Shown here: one piece after another, positions 18,125 to 25,644 of the stretch
How the letters are laid out: each line of letters begins with the position of its first letter
Position numbering within the stretch: position 1 is the first letter of the stretch
NCBI RefSeq assembly: GCF_000018105.1
Contig: NC_009925.1
Span: 3,030,001-3,062,000, forward strand
DNA length: 32,000 bases
Reading direction: 5' to 3'
Source: Acaryochloris marina MBIC11017
GTDB taxonomy: Bacteria > Cyanobacteriota > Cyanobacteriia > Thermosynechococcales > Thermosynechococcaceae
Notes under the pieces: generated by a model
Seen by the model: the letters and a program-made list of their open reading frames with translations, nothing else
The model's database searches: none
Told to the model about the DNA's origin: nothing
Made by a program: the position numbers and the translations under genes

Positions 18125-19607
18125 CAATGGCACTGACTTAAGAAGTCAGGAAAAGGCTACAAGTCTTGATAGATATAGGATCAAGACTTGCACGCCATAA
18201 ACTTCTGCCTTTCACTATGTCTGAGTCAGCCGAAATTCTCAAGCAGCAATTTTCCCAAAGCCTGGGTTTACCGTGGACAGATATCCTTCTAGCCTCAAGG
18301 TTAGAGGAACTCCTGAAAGAAGAAGCATTCTCCTATCGCAACCGGATATATAGCCCCATCGTTACGCTGTGGGCCATGCTTTACCAAGTGCTATCAGCCG
18401 ATAAAAGCCTTCGTAACACAGTCAAATGCATCACGACTTGGCTCACAGCGGCTGGCATCCAACCGCCCTCATCTGATACCGGAGCCTACAGCAAAGCCAG
18501 AAGTCGCTTTCCAGAGTCACTGTTGCAACGTTTAATTCCCGAAAGCGCTGAGTGCTTAGCGCAACCCCTCTCCCCAGAGCACCTCTGGTGTGGTCGGCCC
18601 GTCAAGGTCTACGACGGAACCACCGTGTTGATGGCTGATAGTGCGGCCAACCAAGCATCATATCCACAACATGGCAATCAAACAGCAGGCTGTGGTTTTC
18701 CCATCGCTCGCTTGGTAGTGTTCTTCTGCTTGGTTACCGGTGCAGTGGCGTCAGCTTGTATTGCCTCCTGGGACACCAGTGAAATTGTCATGAGTCGTTT
18801 GCTCTATCAAGACCTTGAGGTCGGTGATGTGGTCATGGCGGACCAAGCTTATGGCAGCTATGTTGATCTAGCCATCATTCAACAACACAGGGCTGATGGA
18901 GTGTTGCGTAAACATCATGCTCGCAAGACTGATTTCCGCAAAGGCAACAAGCATGGCATTGGTGATCATCAGGTGACATGGCATAAGCCAGCCCAACGGC
19001 CTGAGCACATGAGTGAGCAAGATTTTGCCCTGATTCCTCAAACATTGGTCGTTAGAGAGGTGTGTTTGCGCTTATCCCTTAAGGGCTTTCGCGACCAGCA
19101 CATTATTGTGGTGACGACGCTGCTGGATGCTCAACGCTACAGCGCTGGGCAACTGACTCGCTTGTATGGCTGGCGTTGGCCAATGGCGGAAGTCAATCTG
19201 CGCCATCTCAAAACCACCTTAAAAATGGAGATGCTCAGTGCCAAAACTCCGGATATGGTGCGCAAGGACATTTGGGTACATTTGTTGGGCTATAACCTAC
19301 TCAGAAGTCTCATGGAACTTGCGGCACCGCTAGCAGATAATGCTAGAACTCAACTGTCTGTGCAAGGAGCACGACAACACTTCAATCAGATGCTTGCTTT
19401 GTTGGCGACAGCCAACCGTGCGACCAGAAAGCGGTTGTTTACTCATCTACTTGAGACCATGGCAGCCGATCTATTACCCTCTCGACCGAATCGGCACGAA
19501 CCGAGAGTCGTCAAACGCAGACCCAAATCTTTCCCGCGAATGCGACAACCTCGCTCTGCTCTCAAAGCTAAGCTAGCTGTTTGATTGAGCTTAAGTCAGT
19601 GCCATTG
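18125..19607 (+). mobile_element. IS4-family insertion sequence (1483 bp), apparently intact
   Basis: Perfect 18-nt terminal inverted repeats: CAATGGCACTGACTTAAG at 18125-18142 and its reverse complement at 19590-19607. The element is flanked by the identical direct repeat ATCTAACGGAT at 18114-18124 and 19608-19618. Confidence 0.85.
18217..19584 (+). CDS. IS4-family DDE transposase
   Basis: Candidate DDE blocks are VYDGTTVLMADS, VVMADQAYGSY and YGWRWPMAEVNLRHLKTTLKM (Y-R-E-K region). The ATG at 18217 is the first ATG inside the track ORF, which starts at 18166. Confidence 0.88.
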   Translation: MSESAEILKQQFSQSLGLPWTDILLASRLEELLKEEAFSYRNRIYSPIVTLWAMLYQVLSADKSLRNTVKCITTWLTAAGIQPPSSDTGAYSKARSRFPESLLQRLIPESAECLAQPLSPEHLWCGRPVKVYDGTTVLMADSAANQASYPQHGNQTAGCGFPIARLVVFFCLVTGAVASACIASWDTSEIVMSRLLYQDLEVGDVVMADQAYGSYVDLAIIQQHRADGVLRKHHARKTDFRKGNKHGIGDHQVTWHKPAQRPEHMSEQDFALIPQTLVVREVCLRLSLKGFRDQHIIVVTTLLDAQRYSAGQLTRLYGWRWPMAEVNLRHLKTTLKMEMLSAKTPDMVRKDIWVHLLGYNLLRSLMELAAPLADNARTQLSVQGARQHFNQMLALLATANRATRKRLFTHLLETMAADLLPSRPNRHEPRVVKRRPKSFPRMRQPRSALKAKLAV

Positions 19608-19758
19608 ATCTAACGGATAGGTCTCAGGGGTGCGAGAATTATTTCAAAGCATTGGCAAATAGCTTGTGCCGAGCGTCCCTTGCAGACCCTTGTCATACCA
19701 ATTCCATATATGTGTGACTTGTATTATGGGAGTAGCGCGTTGCTGATACTTATCCCTC

Positions 19759-20238
19759 ATGCCCAGACCCTTACGAATTGATATCTGTGAAAGTGAAGAC
19801 ACACTCAAACGTTTATTACGTCAACAATCCTCCGGTCGTCGCAAAGAACGCTTGCAAGCCCTCTACTGGCTCAAAAGTGGTCAAGTCACCACTCGCATGG
19901 AGTTGGCAACCCTGACCGGACGAGGGGAATCCACGGTGTATCGCTGGATCAAACTCTATAAATCAGGGGGATTACAGGCAATGCTGGAGATTCCTACCTC
20001 TCCTGGGAAGCCCCCCATGATTGGTGGAGAGGTCCTCGAAAAGCTGAAAGCTCGTCTAGCTGACCCCAGGGGCTTTGAGAGCTACGGGGCGATTCAACAA
20101 TGGCTTTTAGATGAGTGTGGATTAGACGTACCCTACAAAACGGTTCATCAAACCGTGCATTATCGGCTCAAAGCCAAGCTCAAAGTTCCTCGACCTCGCT
20201 CACGCAAGACAGAGGAAGCTCAACAACAAGCCTATTAA
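19759..20238 (+). CDS. IS630-family transposase, N-terminal HTH part (OrfA)
   Basis: Winged-helix/HTH region (RMELATLTGRGESTVYRWIKLYKSGGLQAM), typical of IS630/Tc1 transposase N-termini. Confidence 0.8.
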   Translation: MPRPLRIDICESEDTLKRLLRQQSSGRRKERLQALYWLKSGQVTTRMELATLTGRGESTVYRWIKLYKSGGLQAMLEIPTSPGKPPMIGGEVLEKLKARLADPRGFESYGAIQQWLLDECGLDVPYKTVHQTVHYRLKAKLKVPRPRSRKTEEAQQQAY

Positions 20239-20251
20239 AAAACTTCCTCGT

Positions 20252-20818
20252 GTGATTGAGGTAATGACCCGCTATTTTGCCCAAGGACACCCAGTGCGCT
20301 ACTGGTGCATGGATGAAAGCCGCTGGGGACTCAAGACACTCACGGGTCGGGTTCTAACGTTGCGGGGTGTCAAACCTGTGGTGACGGTACAGTGGCCCCG
20401 AGAGGCTTTCTGGCTCTATGGCGCTGTCGAACCTCTCACAGGAGACAGTTTCTTCTATCGGTTTTCTCATCTCGATAGTGTTTGTTTTGAGCGCTTCCTG
20501 GAGCAATTCAGCTTGGCGTTTCCCCAGAGTCTCAATCTGATGCAAATAGATCAAGCCGCAGCCCATATGGCGACTTGGGTTCGATGGCCTGAGAATGTGT
20601 TGCCGATTGTACAGCCGTCTCATAGTCCAGAACTCAATCCGGCAGAGCGATTATGGCAGGACCTAAGAAAGCCTTTCAAAGGCAAAAACTTTGATTCTAT
20701 TGGGGCACTGGAGACCGCTTTATTTGAGCATATCAATACCCTCTCCCAGAAGGTGGTGGCTTCTCTAACGGGATATTCTTATATCTTGGATGCTTTGACT
20801 ATAAAGGTCACTCAATAA
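20252..20818 (+). CDS. IS630-family transposase, DDE catalytic part (OrfB)
   Basis: YWCMDESRWGL, LMQIDQAAAHM and PSHSPELNPAERLWQDLR are the DDE blocks of IS630/Tc1-mariner-type transposases. This ORF is in the +1 frame relative to OrfA. Confidence 0.8.
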   Translation: MIEVMTRYFAQGHPVRYWCMDESRWGLKTLTGRVLTLRGVKPVVTVQWPREAFWLYGAVEPLTGDSFFYRFSHLDSVCFERFLEQFSLAFPQSLNLMQIDQAAAHMATWVRWPENVLPIVQPSHSPELNPAERLWQDLRKPFKGKNFDSIGALETALFEHINTLSQKVVASLTGYSYILDALTIKVTQ

Positions 20819-20829
20819 GTGAATTGGTA

Positions 20830-21279
20830 TCAGGTTACAACACGACACACAATCTGTGGCTTTGTGGTTGAAATAACATCAACGCAATGATTTAGGCAAC
20901 AAAAACCATAGTGGCTGAATGGACCTGGGTAGTCAGAAGTGGCGAACGTGCTAACCTCCATAAACTCTAGATAAGCCGAACTTTTGTAAAGACGAGCTAA
21001 CTTGCCGACGTAGTTGTCTTGAGGTGCATTATCGGCATAAGACTCGTTCGCGACGTTGTAACAAATGTACTCAGCAAAAAATATTTCATAAATAGCACAG
21101 CCTTCGGTAGTTTCAATGTTACGCAGCCCAGATATTGTTGTACCAGCTATTTCCATGTCATGCTCTGGGCCATTCGCTGTAGCTTCGGCTAAGACTAGAC
21201 GTAGAGTATTATCTTCTGGTTCGGTAATTGATTCGAGGTACAGATACTTACTTCTGTTGATTTGATCGAAAGCTTCCAT
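20830..21279 (-). CDS. hypothetical acidic Cys-containing protein, compositionally atypical
   Basis: 149-aa ORF starting 6 nt after the DUF2063 gene stop. It looks lower in GC than its neighbours and has no HIP1 site. There is no TM segment and no recognised family. Its stop codon coincides with the IS630 terminus. Confidence 0.5.
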   Translation of the reverse strand: MEAFDQINRSKYLYLESITEPEDNTLRLVLAEATANGPEHDMEIAGTTISGLRNIETTEGCAIYEIFFAEYICYNVANESYADNAPQDNYVGKLARLYKSSAYLEFMEVSTFATSDYPGPFSHYGFCCLNHCVDVISTTKPQIVCRVVT

Positions 21280-21285
21280 GAGAGC

Positions 21286-22095
21286 CTAACTATTCTCATC
21301 TAAGCCAAGCATAAATCCGGATATCCATCCTCGCTGAACCCAGATTGGAAGCAAGGCTGCCACGTCAATCTCATCGTTGTGCTCAAACTGGGCGCAAATC
21401 TCTCCAAACGGAGCACCGGAAGCAAACGCCTGTAGGAGCTGCCACTCAGCAACATTGGGCAAGTCAATGCGGGTTTCATACTGGTCTCGCCAGAGAAACA
21501 GATTCACGTCGCCTTCATTTAGATCGATGGTCTCGGTACTGGCGGCATTGGCCTGATTCACTTGCCAAATTCGGTGAACCGGATAGGGGGAGGTCATTAA
21601 GACACTATGGTCGGGGAGTTGGAGCACCAGTTCGGGCCAACGGTCAGGCGGCACTTGACCCAAGGCCGCCAAATCTAAACCCGGTTGGTCTGAACTGTTA
21701 AAGATGCAGTGCCAATGCCACTCTAAGCGGGCTACATCCGGCAGATAGGGTAACGAAGCCGCTGGTTCAAACGCTGCGATAAATGCCGGGAGCTGTTCCC
21801 CATAATCTCCGAGATCGTGGGATTGAGAGGGATTGCGGCGGATATATTGCCGAGCCATGGCGGTAAAAAACTGGACCCCCACCAACCGACAACAGACGGG
21901 ATAAATATCTTCGAGGGCACGGCTCAATTTACCGACGACGCTGCCTTGGTAAGCCGATAAACCTCGTTCGAAGGAGAGGTGTTCAGTGCTGCGCATTTGA
22001 GGTTGGAGCTGCTGGATGCTGTCGGCATCTTTGGTTGAGATCGCACCATAAAACAACCGCTGTAACTCTCTTAATTCTGGGGGCGGTGTTGACAT
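21286..22095 (-). CDS. DUF2063-family partner protein of the MNIO enzyme (BufC-like)
   Basis: 269 aa. It overlaps the upstream DUF692 gene by 25 nt. The N-terminus (LQRLFYGAI...) and its position directly after DUF692 match the conserved DUF692-DUF2063 pair. Confidence 0.75.
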   Translation of the reverse strand: MSTPPPELRELQRLFYGAISTKDADSIQQLQPQMRSTEHLSFERGLSAYQGSVVGKLSRALEDIYPVCCRLVGVQFFTAMARQYIRRNPSQSHDLGDYGEQLPAFIAAFEPAASLPYLPDVARLEWHWHCIFNSSDQPGLDLAALGQVPPDRWPELVLQLPDHSVLMTSPYPVHRIWQVNQANAASTETIDLNEGDVNLFLWRDQYETRIDLPNVAEWQLLQAFASGAPFGEICAQFEHNDEIDVAALLPIWVQRGWISGFMLGLDENS

Positions 22096-22901
22096 AGATA
22101 GGTGTCGGCCTGCTGGGCTTCGGCCATCAAAACATCAAAGCTGGGAATATCCGTATCCCATTCAATCAACGTCGGCACCGGACCAAACCGCTGGAGCGCT
22201 TGCTGATAGAGCGTCCAGACTCCAGGCTGGACTGGATAGCCGTGGGTATCAAATAAAAAGTGGTCCTGCTCTTCATAACCCGCTAGATGGATCTCTTTAA
22301 TCCGATCGACGGGCAACGCATCCAGATAATCCAAGGGGTCAAAGCCATGATTGGTGGCATTGACATAGACATTGTTAATATCCAAAAGCAGATGACAATC
22401 GGCCTCAACTAAAAGGGCGGCTAAGAACTGCCATTCGGTCAGGCTGTTGTGGCGAAACTGAAGATAGGGCGATAGGTTCTCAATCAAAATCCGGCGACCG
22501 AGAAATTCCTGTACCTGCGAAATCCGATCGGCAACGTAATGGAGCACTGATTCCGTATAGGGCAGCGGTGCTAAGTCATTGAAGTAATGGCCGTTGACGG
22601 ACACCCAGGCCAGATGATCAGAGACATGAACCGGTTCGATCCGATCCGCCAGTTGCTTGAGCTGAGTTAGGTAGTCCATATTCAGCGGATCTGCTGACCC
22701 CAGGGACAGACTAACGCCATGGAGGGTGATCGGATACTGGGCTCGAATTTGTTCTAGGTGATACAGGGGCAATCCACCCCCCAAATAATTGTCGGAGAGG
22801 GCTTCTAGCCAGGGTATGGCTGGTTGATGGGTGAGGATATGGGCGTAATGTTGCGATCGCAACCCAATCCCAGCACCCTGAATTGCAGTCATGGCAACCA
22901 T
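22071..22901 (-). CDS. DUF692/UPF0276 multinuclear non-heme iron oxidase (MNIO; BufB/MbnB-like)
   Basis: GAGIGLRSQHY, LEALSDNY, HGVSLSLGS, SDHLAW, LIENLS, LLLDINNVYVN, IHLAGY and LIEWD follow the TIM-barrel DUF692 block order. I prefer the ATG at 22901 because GGAG lies 6 nt upstream. The longer track ORF (to 22946) would read through a strong hairpin. Confidence 0.85.
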   Translation of the reverse strand: MVAMTAIQGAGIGLRSQHYAHILTHQPAIPWLEALSDNYLGGGLPLYHLEQIRAQYPITLHGVSLSLGSADPLNMDYLTQLKQLADRIEPVHVSDHLAWVSVNGHYFNDLAPLPYTESVLHYVADRISQVQEFLGRRILIENLSPYLQFRHNSLTEWQFLAALLVEADCHLLLDINNVYVNATNHGFDPLDYLDALPVDRIKEIHLAGYEEQDHFLFDTHGYPVQPGVWTLYQQALQRFGPVPTLIEWDTDIPSFDVLMAEAQQADTYLCQHRPQN

Positions 22902-22921
22902 AAAATACTCCAAAACGTAAG

Positions 22922-22946
22922 GTGCCTGCTTTTCACAAGCAGGCAC
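22922..22946 (-). terminator. hairpin between the precursor and enzyme genes (possible partial terminator or attenuator)
   Basis: On the minus strand: GTGCCTGCTT-gtgaa-AAGCAGGCAC, a perfect 10-bp stem, then CTTACGTTTTGG. It lies 25 nt after the precursor stop and 20 nt before the MNIO start. Confidence 0.5.
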
Positions 22947-22971
22947 TCAAACTTTGCATGATTGAAACGAC

Positions 22972-23286
22972 CTAACCTTCTTTCTTGCCTTCTTCAACCG
23001 CTTCAGCAGGGGGGGCAGCTTCTTTCAAGGTAGATCCAACAATCTTTTCACAGGTGCCAGCAGGCACATAAATCCACTCTTCTGGATCATTATCAACGGT
23101 GGCTTTACCAGAGCAGTCATGCTTGCTAGTACCACAGTCATTGAGACCAGCCTTGACGATACCGGCGCACTTTTCATAACCGGGCTTACCAGCAACCGCA
23201 TCATCCGATTGAGTTGCCACTAGGCCGAGAGCCAGCACACCGGATAAAGCAGTGGTAACAGCAACGGCTTTAGTCGTCGTTTTCAT
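22972..23286 (-). CDS. DUF2282-family RiPP precursor with a Sec signal peptide (bufferin BufA1-like)
   Basis: Signal peptide [24 protein letters not shown], then [47 protein letters not shown]. This shows the four conserved Cys and the EWIYVP.GTCEKI block of DUF2282. The tail is acidic and Ala/Pro-rich. Confidence 0.85.
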   Translation of the reverse strand: MKTTTKAVAVTTALSGVLALGLVATQSDDAVAGKPGYEKCAGIVKAGLNDCGTSKHDCSGKATVDNDPEEWIYVPAGTCEKIVGSTLKEAAPPAEAVEEGKKEG

Positions 23287-23710
23287 AATGGAGAATTCCT
23301 TTTAGGATTGTGCATTCTTTGAGCAGCGTAAGCCGACGCTTGGCTGTTGCTCACATATAGAATACGAGCAACTCCTCCCTTTGGATGTAGATTGTTCGAG
23401 TTTATCGGCGTTTGCACCCAGATTCGTTGCCTAAAGAGCGCTTGGAGCATGGCGATGGTCTCTGACTGGCCTGCCTCCAGAGAAGGAGCTAAGTCCTGCG
23501 AACGCCCAAAGGTACGCTAACGGCCATCACAAACCCACTGCCAAAAACAACAGTAGTTTTGAGAATATCACTGTGCTTTCCTCTCGATTGCACCATGGAT
23601 CAAATATAAAATTCTCCTTAAATCTTATAAAATTGGGATCGTTCATATCCTTATAGCCTGGCTGAAAAATCAGCACAGGCTTAAGTTTTTTTATTTATTT
23701 GGAGATAAAA

Positions 23711-24223
23711 GTGAAGAAACAAGCATTAACTCTTGCTTTAGCGAGTATCCTCATCCCTGCAAGCGCTTACGCTTCCGATATCACCACTGAAGAAGTCGAA
23801 GCAGCACAAGCCGCGTGGGGTAATGGCATTGTAGAAATCGGTAAAGCTGAAGACCCTAAACAAGCCGCTATCGCCCATATTGATAAGTTCTATGGGTTTG
23901 ATATGGGTTCCGTTTTGTTCAAGCCCACCTTAGCGTCTGAGGATCAATTCCGAGGGACTAAGCAAGAAGCTTTGTCTTATTTCATCGGTCAAGATTTGAA
24001 GGAAGACAAGGGGTTTGCCCTTGCACCTTACACTAAAGTTCGCTGGGAAAACGAAGGCATCATCGTTGACGATGACTCAGCTGTAGCAATGGGAAATTAC
24101 TTCTTCACCAAAACCGATGGTGAAGAAGTCAAAGTGGAGTTTACCCTTGGTTACGTTAAAGATGAAAATGGCAACTTAAAGATTAATCTGCATCATTCAT
24201 CCCTACCCTATAGCGCCAACTAA
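23711..24223 (+). CDS. secreted NTF2-like (COG4337/SgcJ-EcaC-like) protein; candidate iota-class carbonic anhydrase
   Basis: GTG at 23711 with GGAG 6 nt upstream. Signal peptide KKQALTLALASILIPASAYA. The AAQAAWGNGIV start is typical of NTF2-like folds. The C-terminal INLHHSSLPY matches the HHSS motif reported for iota-CAs. I am confident it is a CDS; the functional call is tentative. Confidence 0.5.
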   Translation: MKKQALTLALASILIPASAYASDITTEEVEAAQAAWGNGIVEIGKAEDPKQAAIAHIDKFYGFDMGSVLFKPTLASEDQFRGTKQEALSYFIGQDLKEDKGFALAPYTKVRWENEGIIVDDDSAVAMGNYFFTKTDGEEVKVEFTLGYVKDENGNLKINLHHSSLPYSAN

Positions 24224-24245
24224 TACAGCTCAGCCTTCATGAAGC

Positions 24246-24280
24246 ATAACGCCCCGCTGGCTCAGGTCACGGGGCGTTAT
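24246..24280. terminator. hairpin between convergent genes (possible bidirectional terminator)
   Basis: Perfect 11-bp stem ATAACGCCCCG (24246-24256) / CGGGGCGTTAT (24270-24280) with a 13-nt loop. There is no clear U-tract. Confidence 0.45.
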
Positions 24281-24310
24281 ATCACTGAACAAAAGAACAC
24301 TCACCAGACC

Positions 24311-24571
24311 TTAACCCAAAGATTTACAGAGAGCATCAACATCTGGCTTAGCAATCTCATGAACGGCCTGATGGAGCTTATATTGCTGAGGGGGCTGGGT
24401 CATGATCGCAATCACCGTTTCTATCGGTGGGCAACCCGGCTCATGACAGGCCAACTGACTAATGGATACCGGGATATCCGCAGGAATGGCGAAGGCTTCA
24501 TACACCCAGGCTTTCAGCCGTGCAATCTGTTCTGGATCCGCTTTAGGCGTGGATGCTTTAAACAAATCCAT
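24311..24571 (-). CDS. small conserved hypothetical protein with a CHEPGCPP motif
   Basis: The ATG at 24571 gives 86 aa (MDLFKASTPKADPEQIARLKAWV...). It begins 24 nt after the WD40 gene stop. The longer track ORF (to 24688) would overlap the WD40 gene. Confidence 0.5.
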   Translation of the reverse strand: MDLFKASTPKADPEQIARLKAWVYEAFAIPADIPVSISQLACHEPGCPPIETVIAIMTQPPQQYKLHQAVHEIAKPDVDALCKSLG

Positions 24572-24594
24572 TAGAACTACTCCCCATTCAACAA

Positions 24595-25644
24595 CTAGAA
24601 AAATCCTTGACCTCGTGCACTTTGGGTCCAAAGCTGCCATTCTCCTTGCTGGCCCCCTAAAGCTAGGGTCTGACCATCTGGACTCCAAGCCAGGGCTGAA
24701 CCACTGATACTTTTTTGCGCTTGGACTAGCTTACCCCCACCTTGCCACAGACAGAGAAAGTCATCCGCTGCAGCAGATACTAAAAGAGTGGTATTAGGCT
24801 GAAAGGCAATGGCATTGACTGCTTGCGTGTGCTCTTCTAACAGCTCTGCTTCCCAGCCACTGCCTAGGCGGTGCCAAGTCGTAATGCAGTTACCACTGGC
24901 TGCGGACAGCAGGGGGTCAGCATCAACGGATTCAGCATCCGCTGACCAGGCTATTTGCCGAACTTTGCCAGGGAAACCCGTCATCCGCCAGGGTACGTCT
25001 TCTTCTGAAGGCCACACCACCATAGTGCGATCTAAATTTCCTGACGCTAAATATTGCCCGTCCGGCGACCAAGAGACACAGATACTCGATCCTGGAAGCT
25101 CTCGAATGGCGGGATCTTGATCCCAATCCTGCCAAATTTTGACCCCTTGATGGCCACCGACCGCCAGCCAATCCTGTTGCGGATGCCAGGCTAAATCTAA
25201 AACGGAAGAGTTTTCAAAGGCGAGAGTCGTCAGGACTTGCTGGGTCTCAACCTCCCAAACCTGGGCATAGCGCCCCAGGCTAAACACCAATTCTGGACGC
25301 CGAGGATGCCAGGCCAGTTGATCCACCCAGGTGCGAGGGTTCTCTAAACAGGTAAACAGCGTCGGTGCGTCGCCGCTCATCTCCCAAATCGAAACACGGC
25401 CATCTTGCCCTCCTGCTGCGAGAAAACGGCCATCAGCGGAGTAAGCCAATGCATCCACTGACTGTCCGGTGCCCGTTTGCAGACTATGGGTTTGTTGGGT
25501 GATTCGATTGAGACATTGAACATTACCCGCTCCATCGCAGGCGGCCACCTGCTGGCTATTGGGTGACCAGGCAATGGCCGTCACATAATCATCTAAACGC
25601 CCACGCCATTTGCGTCCAAGTCGTGGCTGAGTTACACGAGGCAA
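24595..25644 (-). CDS. WD40-repeat beta-propeller protein
   Basis: Repeated units such as AWSPNSQQVAACDGAGNV, AYSADGRFLAAGGQDGRVSIWE, SWSPDGQYLASGNLDRTMVVW and AWSPDGQTLALGGQQGEWQLW. The TTG start overlaps the COG0523 stop by 13 nt. Confidence 0.85.
   Translation of the reverse strand: MPRVTQPRLGRKWRGRLDDYVTAIAWSPNSQQVAACDGAGNVQCLNRITQQTHSLQTGTGQSVDALAYSADGRFLAAGGQDGRVSIWEMSGDAPTLFTCLENPRTWVDQLAWHPRRPELVFSLGRYAQVWEVETQQVLTTLAFENSSVLDLAWHPQQDWLAVGGHQGVKIWQDWDQDPAIRELPGSSICVSWSPDGQYLASGNLDRTMVVWPSEEDVPWRMTGFPGKVRQIAWSADAESVDADPLLSAASGNCITTWHRLGSGWEAELLEEHTQAVNAIAFQPNTTLLVSAAADDFLCLWQGGGKLVQAQKSISGSALAWSPDGQTLALGGQQGEWQLWTQSARGQGFF

Larger units (their letters stand above)
19695..20830 (+). mobile_element. 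IS630-family insertion sequence (about 1.14 kb) with a split transposase
   Basis: Imperfect terminal inverted repeats: the left end is ATACCAATTCCATATATGTGTGACTTGTAT and the reverse complement of the right end is ATACCAATTCACTTATTGAGTGACCTTTAT. TA dinucleotides occur at both tips. Two consecutive transposase ORFs lie inside. Confidence 0.7.

Noticed and set aside
21345-21920. ORFs 21345-21701 (+, 118 aa) and 21732-21920 (-, 62 aa) within the DUF2063 gene.
   Set aside because: They are Arg/Pro/Gly-rich antisense or out-of-frame readings of a GC-rich coding region, with no motifs.
22902-22946. N-terminal 15 codons of the track ORF for the DUF692/MNIO gene (MPACEKQAPYVLEYF).
   Set aside because: This segment consists of the 10-bp-stem hairpin. 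The internal ATG at 22901 has a proper GGAG RBS and yields the usual DUF692 N-terminus.
23287-23710. Looked for a Zur/Fur-type box (TGATAATnATTATCA) or another obvious operator in the long region between the RiPP precursor and the iota-CA-like gene.
   Set aside because: Nothing is better than scattered half-site-like fragments such as GAGAATATCAC. I therefore do not claim Zur control of either gene.
24239-24707. Plus-strand ORFs 24239-24574 (111 aa) and 24462-24707 (81 aa), and the long form (125 aa, to 24688) of the minus-strand small protein.
   Set aside because: The plus-strand ORFs start inside the convergent-terminator hairpin and are antisense to better-supported minus-strand genes. 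The 125-aa form would overlap the WD40 gene by more than 90 nt.
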